Assembly (NCBI GenBank): GCA_977020255.1
Contig: CDROCS010004055.1
Span: forward strand, 124,001 to 188,000
DNA length: 64,000 nucleotides
Direction: 5' to 3'
Source of the DNA: Obrimoposthia wandeli
Taxonomy: Eukaryota
A program made the position numbers and the translations under genes. Positions 1 to 8,552 of the stretch are shown in pieces. Position 1 is the first letter of the stretch, and every line of letters starts with the position of its first letter. Below the pieces are notes generated by a model. It was not told the origin of the DNA, searched no databases, and saw only the letters and a program-made list of their open reading frames with translations.

Positions 1-580
1 CCTTCTGTATTAACTTACAGAAATTTACTTCACTATCTATTTTATAATCTTTTGAAAACGTTTTCAGTTCCACTACAGTCTTTGGTCTCGTTTCAAGTAA
101 TAACACTTTTGCTACTCTACCAGGAACATTTATAACCGAATTAGATGAGATAATATCCCGTTTATTACGAGCTACTGTTTGTTCACTATCAAAACTTAAA
201 TGAAGAGCTTCTTTTTTAGATTCAAAATTAATTTTAATAACTTGAAGAAATTTTAATCGATTTTTAAATCTGACTTTGTTATTTTCAAATATTACTTTCA
301 CTTCTTTATTTATACAATTGTAATAGAATTTTCCTTTACTATCAAACCTGATCACAACTTCAGTTGTTTTTTCATGATTAACTTCTTTTGTAAACGAAAT
401 ATGTCAGTTTTTTTTGATAGTAATTGGAGAATAATAAAAAGAAAATTCTGTTAAAGCCGCTTCCCATTCTCCTTGGAGATTTATAGAATTTTCCCAATCG
501 ATAATAAAGCTACTAGCGTCATTATCTGGTTGAGTCTTCGGACATCCGTTACTTGGTAAAACCATATACATAGAATTCAT
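1..580 (-). pseudogene. Polinton minor capsid (penton-like) protein, N-terminal part, frameshifted, runs off window
   Basis: MNSMYMVLPSNGCPKTQPDNDASSFIIDWENSINLQGEWEAALTEFSF aligns with 36582 MYVVLPSNGSPLTQPNNTANSFSIDYQSSINLPGAWKAALTDFSF. Frameshift in a poly-T run. Confidence 0.78.
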
Positions 581-1605
581 ATTATATTAGATGCTGATAT
601 CCAAGTTGGGTCTGAATAACAATGCCATTTAACAAAGTATTGTTTATGTTTACCTGTACCCTTAGATTTTAATATTTTTTGAATACGGAAAACGCTAGGT
701 TTATTTGATATTACTTGTAGTTCTTACTCGTAAAATTTACCGTGAACGATATTATTGTCAGCATCTTTAATAGTATAAATTATTGGATTACTCTTTTGAT
801 CAATTTTACTTATACAAAATATTTCATCGCTCCAATTCTGATCAAAGTTTTTAATAAATGGAGTAGAGCTAATTTTCGAAATTCGAACATATTCGTTTTT
901 CTTATATTTAGCTTTTTTAATTTTATCTTTTTTATTCCTGTTCATCCAAATGTCCATAGAGTTTTTATTAGTAACATCAACAGGTCTCATTCCCTTGAGA
1001 CCTCTATGTTCAGAGTGATTATATGCATGTATTATTTTAGGTAAAACTTGGATCCATTTTTTATTTCCTTCTTTTGTGAAATACTTTTTTATTCGATCTC
1101 TTAGAGTACGATTAAATCTTTCTACTACTGCTGCTTTGTATTGTGAAAACACAGAGTAGTGATTTATATTATTTTGTTTAAATAATGATTGAACTTGCTT
1201 ATTATAAAATTCTTTTCCTAAATCAGTTTGCACATTTTGTGGAATGTCCTCTTTCAATATTTCTTTAATGGCTCCAAGCATAGCTATTGAAGACTTTGCT
1301 TTAACTGGAATTGCACGAGCAAACCTGCTAAATACATCAATACATGTAAAAATATATCGATATCCCTTATTAATGGAAGAATATGGGATCATCTCCATCA
1401 AATCCATTTGCCATAAATTATTAGGACCGCTGGTTTTGTAAGCTCTAGTTGGAAACCTTCTTCTCATCGGCTTGTTCAGACTGTAGTCTAACTGATCGCT
1501 CAGCCATTTCTGCGTTTTCTTGTAATTTTGTTTTGTTCTTTTTGCTAATTTTGAAACTCCTGTGTAGCCAATTGGATCTTTTGGATTGAACCATATCTTC
1601 TCCAT
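577..1605 (-). pseudogene. Polinton DDE integrase with C-terminal chromodomain; premature TAA at 724-726
   Basis: WQMDL...TDLGKEF...VERFNRTL catalytic core. The frame continues past the stop as ELQV...KQYFVKWHCYSDPTW (chromodomain) to TGA at 577-579. Confidence 0.92.
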
Positions 1606-1663
1606 TACAACAATTTGAATAGAAAGAAAATTTAAGTTTGGGTAAAGAAGGGCTAGCACCCAT
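1445..1663 (-). CDS. Small ORF overlapping the integrase start; MGxxxS myristoylation motif plus CC
   Basis: MGASPSLPKLKFSFYSNCC is conserved in element 2 (MGSLPSIPKFNIKIKSSCC). Confidence 0.5.
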   Translation of the reverse strand: MGASPSLPKLKFSFYSNCCNGEDMVQSKRSNWLHRSFKISKKNKTKLQENAEMAERSVRLQSEQADEKKVSN

Positions 1664-1691
1664 ATCTTTAGCTGATTTTAGAAATAATTGT

Positions 1692-2021
1692 TTATGAACA
1701 TGTCGCAGCTATAATACTACTGATAATTGAAGCAACAACTGGAATAACAGCCCCTATGAAACCACCATTCTGTTTAAGAATAATATTTCGTTTCCTTTTT
1801 TTACTTTTTACATTAGCAATATCTAGAAGAGTTTTTCTATATTTCTTTAATATATTTTTCCGATTTCCAACTTTTACTCGACCCAAAACTATATTATACA
1901 AAACTTCCAATAAATCATCTACAACAAAGGATGGAAATGCTTTAAGAATAATCATTCTCTTATTAGAAGAGGCTTTGACTAAAGCTTTAAAATAGGGTAT
2001 GCTTCTTTGTATTTTCTTCAT
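1692..2021 (-). CDS. Basic virion protein with adenain-like cleavage site (QNGG/F) and C-terminal amphipathic/hydrophobic helix (pX/pVI-like)
   Basis: K/R-rich body ending KQNGGFIGAVIPVVASIISSIIAA. Homologue at 35169-35450. Confidence 0.7.
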   Translation of the reverse strand: MKKIQRSIPYFKALVKASSNKRMIILKAFPSFVVDDLLEVLYNIVLGRVKVGNRKNILKKYRKTLLDIANVKSKKRKRNIILKQNGGFIGAVIPVVASIISSIIAATCS

Positions 2022-2052
2022 TTTAATAAAAAAGGTTCAATTTAAATATTGT

Positions 2053-2193
2053 TTATATTCGAAGCCATTTAAGTTTTTTTTTATTTTTAACTACAGATTT
2101 GATTACTTTTTTCACTTCTTTTTTCTTAATGATTCTTTTTTTTGATTTCTTAGATTTTACTTTACGTTTTAATATCAACTTTGTAAAAGGCAT
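2053..2193 (-). CDS. 46-aa lysine-rich peptide (candidate DNA-condensing core protein), below ORF-track cutoff
   Basis: Manual translation MPFTKLILKRKVKSKKSKKRIIKKKEVKKVIKSVVKNKKKLKWLRI*. EVKKVIKSV matches EVKKFIKSV at 35021-35116. Confidence 0.6.
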   Translation of the reverse strand: MPFTKLILKRKVKSKKSKKRIIKKKEVKKVIKSVVKNKKKLKWLRI

Positions 2194-2200
2194 TGCGAAT

Positions 2201-2848
2201 TTATTTTTTATAATTGTTCTCTATTTGTTTATAAACAGTTACTCCCTTAGAATTAAATATGTATGTTAAAACACGTAAATCATCTGGGCAAGCTTGTGTA
2301 AAGTCAATAAATATATACCCATGTGCTTGTTTAGCAGCATCGTGGAATGAATCAACTAGAAAGTTCTTATTTTGAGGAAATGCCTGTCTGGCCACAAAAT
2401 CAACAACTGTTTGATCTCTAGGATTTTTAAATAAAACTAAGTAATGTACATTAAGATTTCTTGTTCTATGGTGACCTCCTTGGTGAAACAGATTTTGAGT
2501 GAAAAATATAACTGTAACTTCACGATGTCTTGCAATCTTTGTAAATAAATTATTAAAGTCCGATTCCTTGTTAGCCTCCTCATACAAATCATCAATTATT
2601 ATTACATCTTCTTTTTTCAATCTTTCACACCAATTTGCATCAAATCCTTCAATAAATTTTATACCCTTCAACTTGCAAACTTCTGTTTTGGTTAACCCGC
2701 TTTCCCCTCCTCCACCATGATGCCAATAAATATTTTTGAAACTAGATTTGAAAAGAGATTCATTTTGCAACAATTTACAGACGAAATGTGTCTTTCCACT
2801 TCCACTTGGGCCAACAATTTGAAATACAGCATTATTATTTAACTCCAT
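2201..2848 (-). CDS. A32/FtsK-family DNA packaging ATPase, apparently intact
   Basis: Walker A GPSGSGKT, Walker B IIIDD, TQNLFHQG...RTRNLNVHYLVLFKNPRD. Confidence 0.92.
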   Translation of the reverse strand: MELNNNAVFQIVGPSGSGKTHFVCKLLQNESLFKSSFKNIYWHHGGGGESGLTKTEVCKLKGIKFIEGFDANWCERLKKEDVIIIDDLYEEANKESDFNNLFTKIARHREVTVIFFTQNLFHQGGHHRTRNLNVHYLVLFKNPRDQTVVDFVARQAFPQNKNFLVDSFHDAAKQAHGYIFIDFTQACPDDLRVLTYIFNSKGVTVYKQIENNYKK

Positions 2849-2885
2849 TGCATATACTCTTTCATTTTTAATATTGTTTATATTA

Positions 2886-3158
2886 TCATAGAAGTTTCCT
2901 TATTGAAATGTACAATGTTAGAGCTGTTGTAGATGAAATACAAAAATTAATTAATGAATATTTGGCTATAATTTTATTTATTTGTGTACGATTTCTAAAT
3001 TCTCGAATAACGTGTGATCTAACCAATATTTCAATGTTATCTCTTGTTATATCATTATTTTTTAATTCTGATAAAATTTCTTTACCCCTAATTTTTCCAG
3101 AAAATATTTCATCGGCAAGCCGATCCACTTCGTTGTCTCTATTTATAGTATTATTCAT
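2886..3158 (-). CDS. Hypothetical 90-aa Polinton accessory protein with hydrophobic C-terminus
   Basis: Closed ORF packed between the TBP-like gene and the ATPase on the same strand; no family recognised. Confidence 0.45.
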   Translation of the reverse strand: MNNTINRDNEVDRLADEIFSGKIRGKEILSELKNNDITRDNIEILVRSHVIREFRNRTQINKIIAKYSLINFCISSTTALTLYISIRKLL

Positions 3159-3186
3159 TCAAAACAATAAGTTTAAACGGGTTTGT

Positions 3187-3685
3187 TTATAGAAAAGATA
3201 ACAAGATGTAATAAGATATATTTTCTAAAATCAAATCAACTATGTCTGGATAATCAAAATGTTTTATTCCCAATATCATAACTTTACCACTGGAAAATAT
3301 ATTTACACATAGCGGTTTAAACTTCAAATAACTGAGAGCAGGAAACATTTCTGGTTCAAACATGCATTCTTCTTTCATTTTCTCTGCAGTTTTAAAAAGA
3401 TTTATCTGTTTCCCGAGATTAGACGAAATCGTGATTGATTGTATTGCAGTGATTTGAATTCCAAATGGTAAATTGAACCCAAGCATTGGTATTTTGCATC
3501 CCATAACACGACAATTTCCTAAAGAATTCAATATGAAAATAAAATAAAAACTAACCTGTAGGAAAAATAACAACTGTGAAATTGTCAAACTTTTCTACAT
3601 ATTGTCTCGGCTTCCATTCATTGAATGGTAAGTACGAAACATCATCTTCTGTTCTACCTTTATAATTTATATTTACGAGTTTCAT
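3187..3685 (-). CDS. TATA-binding-protein-like gene, 2 exons (3685-3556, 3518-3187), 37-nt GT-AG intron, 153 aa
   Basis: Splicing joins VVIFPT-G-NCRVMG (TBP repeat 1) to FEPEMFPALSY...VNIFSSGKVMILG (TBP repeat 2), with no stops. Confidence 0.8.
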
Positions 3686-3896
3686 TAGACTGAAATTGTA
3701 TTCTGTAAAATCTTCTTTATATATGTCTGAACCTGCTTTTTTATTGCACGTTTCTTGTAATTATCTTGCAAACCTATTATAATTGGATGATATATTTCTT
3801 CCAATCAATTTTGATTTTTAATATAGATTTAGTCCTATCAAATTCAATGCTTTAGTTATATTAACCAATGAGATTCATGTCTTTGTTAGAAATTAG

Positions 3897-3903
3897 TATA
3901 AAA
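3897..3903 (+). promoter_or_regulatory. Candidate TATA box (TATAAAA) in the divergent intergenic region
   Basis: Lies ~30 nt upstream of ATG 3935. Weak evidence in an AT-rich context. Confidence 0.3.
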
Positions 3904-3934
3904 GAATGCGCCATTGGAGGACAAATCACAGTAA

Positions 3935-4411
3935 ATGCATTCATATCAAAGACAATTATCAACGATGGACGATAGCCAACGGGTATTAAGCGATGACGAA
4001 GAAATGTTTGAAGAATCGGATAAGGATATGTATGAAGAAGTGAAACAATATTTCAAATACAAAGTCAGATTCTTGAAGAAGGCTCAACTGATTGCTTTAG
4101 TAAATCCTGTGACAATTGAAAGAAGAAAGTTCAGCTACTATCTATCAGGTATTCAAAAACCTGATTTTCAATATCTTAAACAGAAAATAAAAAAGGCAGT
4201 TCCGAATTTTACTTTCAATAAGAACGAATTTTATATCCGAGGAGCCGATGAAGCATTTCTAGATGACTATGGAAGATATGTTGATATTGATGCGTTTCCG
4301 AAAAAGAAGCAATGGACTGTAACAATTCGACTTTATGGTTACAAGAAAGATGAAATGGGAACAAAGTTGCCTATGTGGAAAATTGAACGTGCTCATATTT
4401 CTATGTTTTAA
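3935..4411 (+). CDS. Orphan Polinton protein A (paralogue of next ORF)
   Basis: LKKAQLIALVNPVTI...WTVTIRLYGY...PMWKIERA aligns with the next ORF. Confidence 0.7.
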   Translation: MHSYQRQLSTMDDSQRVLSDDEEMFEESDKDMYEEVKQYFKYKVRFLKKAQLIALVNPVTIERRKFSYYLSGIQKPDFQYLKQKIKKAVPNFTFNKNEFYIRGADEAFLDDYGRYVDIDAFPKKKQWTVTIRLYGYKKDEMGTKLPMWKIERAHISMF

Positions 4412-4544
4412 CTTTTGTGTGTAATAAATTGTAATCGGTTTTACTATGTTTCTTTCATTTAATAATCAGTTTTATTTGTATCTTATTTGTATCTTATGTG
4501 TATTTTTTATAAACATTGTTTTTAATCAGTTTCCTTATTTTAGA

Positions 4545-4949
4545 ATGGATAAGAGATGTGTAGCAAATTTTTATTATCCAGAAAGAATTTCAAAAGAAAA
4601 ACTATGTAATATATTAAAGAGGCATCAAATTATACGAATTATGAATCCTGTGAAAATATCAAAAGTGGAGAAAAAATATCTCATCGAAATTTTAACAACA
4701 ACTGATTTTGATCAATTGAAAAATATTTTGGGATTTTACATTCCTGATTATGTATATGAAGGAAATTGTTTCGAGCTTGAAACTGATCCCAGTCTGGATT
4801 TTAAAGATGATCTAGGATATTTGATTGCTCCAATTCTAGATGAAGAACTATGGAATATCTCAATACGTCTCAATGGATATTTTGCTGATGACAGGAAAAT
4901 GCAGCCTCTCTGGACTTTGAGTGAAGCCAATATGTTGTTTTATGTTTAA
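4545..4949 (+). CDS. Orphan Polinton protein B (paralogue of previous ORF); likely start MDKRC at 4545
   Basis: LKRHQIIRIMNPVKI...WNISIRLNGY...PLWTLSEA. The upstream in-frame stretch is T-rich, UTR- or intron-like. Confidence 0.68.
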   Translation: MDKRCVANFYYPERISKEKLCNILKRHQIIRIMNPVKISKVEKKYLIEILTTTDFDQLKNILGFYIPDYVYEGNCFELETDPSLDFKDDLGYLIAPILDEELWNISIRLNGYFADDRKMQPLWTLSEANMLFYV

Positions 4950-5194
4950 TAAATATTTTGAAAAATAATTTTGTCTCGTATTTTGTTTTTGCTCCTCTAA
5001 ATTATATAGATCTGACCGATTTTTTCCCTCTAAATTCTAAAACTGACATAGATATTTAACATGTAGTAATTTATTGATCTAAAATCTTTCTGAAAAATAG
5101 TAGTAATATTTGAAATCTCGTCTGCAAAAAGCCGCCGGGGTCAATATGGATTCTCGTGGTCTTCTCTAACCACTTTTGAGATTCATGGTAAAAG

Positions 5195-5372
5195 TTTAAC
5201 AAATATGGTGGGGGGGTACCCCCTTCCTTCCCCCTTTGGGTGGGATGGAGACACACATACACGAAATTTCACTCCACACACCTACACGAAATTTCACTCC
5301 ACACACCTACACGGTTTTAAAGGACAAGGGGGGAGAGGGGGGTGTGGATTAGACCGGACACATCCACCTACT
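5195..5372. repeat. Terminal (TIR) region of Polinton 1: G-rich tracts, 2x ~25-bp ACACGAAATTTCACTCCACACACCT, terminal motif
   Basis: Direct inspection; ends ...GGATTAGACCGGACACATCCACCTACT. Confidence 0.72.
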
Positions 5373-5378
5373 GGCACA

Positions 5379-5920
5379 TTAATTTTTTTAGATTCATATC
5401 TTTTTACAACAACTACTTTTGAAAGATTGGTTAGTTATCTTCCAAAATTGACCAAAATCGTCAAGATACTTTAGTACCAATTTGATATCTAGTAAATGTG
5501 AATTTCCTGATAATGTTATAGATGATAAATATAATTTAGCTCTCACAATGTGGACAAACCTAGGTTGCATTAACCTTAAAGACTATACGATGGAATATAT
5601 GCGCCTTGATGTATTGATGGATTTGAGGCTTTTAAACAAAAAGTTAGATCTGGTGATAATCTCGAGGCTCTTAATTTATATTGTATTCCAGGTCTTAGTT
5701 GGTGTAGTAGAGTTTAATCTTTAACACATAAGGCAGAAATGATACATGATCTGGATATGTATAATTTTTTGAAGCAGGTATTAGAGGAGGTATGACTTTT
5801 GTCAATAAACCTTATTGTAAGTCTGATGACAGTACATCTTGTATCTATATAGATGTAAACAATTTATACGATTGGGATTTAAGCCAACCTTTTGCCACAT
5901 ATGGAATTTAAGTAATTTAA
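5379..5920 (+). pseudogene. Older, degraded protein-primed DNA polymerase B remnant (target of Polinton 1 insertion)
   Basis: FLDSYLF, MWTNLGCINLKDYTMEYMRLDV (Exo III), RGGMTFVNK and YIDVNNLY (motif A) match the pPolB at 42-43 kb. Confidence 0.82.
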
Positions 5921-6845
5921 TTTAGGAATTTAAGTTTGCAGTAAAGGGTACTCCACGGTGGGTTCAGCACTGCGACAGTATTCATAATTTGATGATTTTG
6001 AGTGATTTTGAGTAAATTTGACCAAATGTAGACGTTATGACTAATGTATATAGTGTTGTTCCTGCCGCCACCTCACAAAGAATGAAAGTTACATAAAGCA
6101 AAGCTTTCGACAGTCTATGAATGGATTGTTGATGCGTAGAAAAATGTATTAGCAACCGGCATTATTAATGGCTTTCAAAAGGTTAAAGTCAACCATGGCG
6201 ATGATGACGATAATAATGATGACTGTGATAAAAGCGATATTGTGAAATATCATTTGCATTTTTATAAGTATTGATTCAGTTCAAAAAATATCATCATTAT
6301 GACTTGTTAGAAAAACTAAAAATAGCTGGATACTTGTTATTTTGGCCGTAATGCTTTCTACATGAATATGTAGATGAGAAGGTACTAGAATGCTCTTCAC
6401 TTTTATTGGCAAAATTTTCTGAGCTAAACTTGGAATACATGAGAAATAAATTAAATTGAATCATATCAGCAGTCTAAAATACACAATTTTAGTCTATACA
6501 CAATTAGATTATTTGTTCAGATATCATATCATAAATGTTTCTCTTCAAATATAGTCAATGAAGAGATTGTGTAACACTTTTACAAATTATGATAGATATA
6601 ATTTTTGTGAATGTATATTTCAATAAATATAAGAACACCTTAAGTATAAGTAATGCTCTTTAATATTAATTAAACTAGTAATGATAATATCAATTATTTA
6701 TTACATCATAACTAATTATATAATAATGTGGCTAATAAATAGCACAAAAAAACAAAGAGATTGGGTAACATAATTTAAATATTAAATACAACATAACTGT
6801 TTATAATCTATTGGAACCATCATTTTTTTAGTACTTTTAAGTATC

Positions 6846-7105
6846 TGTTCTGATGTAGTAAAAATAATTTTGTAAATTTGTAGTAAATTTGTAGTTGTAA
6901 TAAAACAATTTAAATAATTAAGTTAGATAATCTGTTGTCAACATAGTTTATACGTTTTGCAAATTGACAAAGTATAAAAAGTTGTATTTGTTTGAACGTA
7001 GGCAGCAGTGATTTTGAAGATAGGAAAGTTTGAATGTTTTTGAATAAAATAGTTGAGTTATATTGAATATGACTTTTGAAATGCGAAAATCCGGCCGCCA
7101 AAACA
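6846..7105 (+). repeat. 5' LTR (TG...CA)
   Basis: Direct repeat of 13268-13525. Confidence 0.9.
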
Positions 7106-7123
7106 TGGTAGCATAGCGTGGTT
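7106..7123 (+). promoter_or_regulatory. Primer-binding site (tRNA-Met-like)
   Basis: TGGTAGCATAGCGTGGTT directly after the LTR; resembles the complement of the tRNAiMet 3' end (TGGTAGCAGAG...). Confidence 0.75.
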
Positions 7124-7160
7124 GGGCTATGGACCCCCAGTTACAAAAAAATAAATTAAG

Positions 7161-7612
7161 AAGGATACCGAGGAAGCTGACGAGGATTCGCCAAAACAGC
7201 CTGCTCCGAAGGATCCTTTCAGTTTACTTCCAAAGATAACTTTTGATATGGATGAATGGAAAAGAACATACTCGAACAATGATATTGCTACAATTGCTAT
7301 GCCATATGTCTGGGATAAATTGGATAGATAAAACTATTATATTTAGGAGTATGAATATCTCTTCCCAGAAGAGCTTAGTAACTTGTTTATGACATGTAAT
7401 CTTATCGGTGGTATGTTCCAGCGCTTGGACAGTTTACGTAAACATGCATTCGCTTCGGTGGTTGTCATTGGTAAAGATAATGCTAATACAATTAAGGGTG
7501 TGTGGGTATGGAGAGGTCAGGATCTCGCTTTCATTTTATCAGAATATTGCCAAGTGGACTACGAGTATTACAAGTGGACTAAGCTTGACTCCAACTTAGA
7601 AGAGACCAAGAA
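7161..7612 (+). pseudogene. EEF1G: Captured intronless fragment of eEF1B-gamma C-terminal domain
   Basis: KDPFSLLPKITFDMDEWKRTYSN...[25 protein letters not shown]...[12 protein letters not shown]; internal stops. Confidence 0.92.
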
Positions 7613-7848
7613 AATAAAGGTAAAGAAGCACGCAACGACAACAGAAGCTGCGTAGAGAAGTAGAGAAGGCAAAACGTGCACTGAGTGGTTCACATAGCTT
7701 CAGAATAGAGATTGAGTCGTTCTATGATGGTGACGATTTTCCTGAGACGTTAACTAGAGCACGATTTGAAGAGCTGGATATGGATCTCTTCAAGAATACA
7801 CTGAAACCGGTTCATAAGGTTTTGGAGGATTCGGAATTAAAAAAGACC
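7613..7848 (+). pseudogene. HSPA5: Captured fragment of ER Hsp70 BiP/GRP78 ATPase domain
   Basis: [15 protein letters not shown]...[48 protein letters not shown] (frame of 7651). Confidence 0.9.
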
Positions 7849-8112
7849 TTCATTGTCCAAGGATTCGGAAAGGTGAGGCTGAATACAATGCGCTATTAAC
7901 ATCGATATGGAGTGCGCTGTATCGGGGTAATCGAGTTTGATTTGGCAATCTACATCAAGGGCGGTATCGATCCAAAAGAGCTGGAGGACTTTAAGATTGC
8001 GAATGGGACCATCAATGGATACCCAAAAGCGGAGAAGAGTGACTCAGAACTGTTATACAAAGAATGTGACATCTTGATATCGGCAGCCACGGAGCGACAG
8101 ATCACGAGCACT
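7843..8112 (+). pseudogene. GLUD1: Captured fragment of glutamate dehydrogenase (NAD-binding domain)
   Basis: [11 protein letters not shown]...MRY*HRYG...GIDPKELEDFK...CDILISAATERQIT. Confidence 0.9.
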
Positions 8113-8324
8113 AAAAGTTCCCTCTATGTTGGTGAGTTTGTAGGTTGCGTGAATTGTGTTGGCAACAGTTTAGCTTTGAAATCTTTGAAATATAATGTGG
8201 GTGGGGACAACCCCAGATTTAACCCCAACAGTTTAAAACCTTTAAGAGATAATGTGGGTGGGGACAACCCCAGATCTAAACCAACATTTTTAAAAATTAT
8301 GAATTTTACAATTTCGACTCTAGA

Positions 8325-8552
8325 TTTCAAATTTTCGCAAAAACTATTGTTGGAAAGACAATAAAATTAGAACTAGAATCAGGTGAAACTATTGAAGATG
8401 TAAAGGTAAAGATTCAAGAAAAGGAAGGCATTCCGCCAGACAAACAACGGTTAATATTTGCAGGTAAGTAGCTTGAGGGTGGGCGCAATCTAGCAGATTA
8501 TGAGATACAGAGAGAAAATACCCTTCAGTTAGTACTAAGACTTAGAGGTGGG
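8325..8552 (+). pseudogene. Ubiquitin moiety, in frame with downstream gag
   Basis: [74 protein letters not shown]; same frame as ATG 8712. Confidence 0.93.

Larger units (their letters stand above)
1..5372 (-). mobile_element. Polinton/Maverick (adintovirus-type) element 1, right portion; left end outside window
   Basis: Retroviral-type integrase, A32/FtsK-like ATPase and minor capsid in the same order as element 2. Terminus reads 5'-AGTAGGTGGATGTG on the minus strand, ending at 5372. Confidence 0.92.

Noticed and set aside
742-3192. Plus-strand ORFs 742-1044, 1244-1441, 1756-1995, 2499-2720, 2908-3192
   Set aside because: Antisense shadows of recognisable minus-strand Polinton genes.
7106-7123. 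tRNA gene
   Set aside because: Only an 18-nt PBS-like complement; no cloverleaf.
7383-8364. Functional host EF1-gamma or GDH genes (ORF track 7383-7655, 7912-8364)
   Set aside because: Partial domains with internal stops, located inside LTR boundaries.
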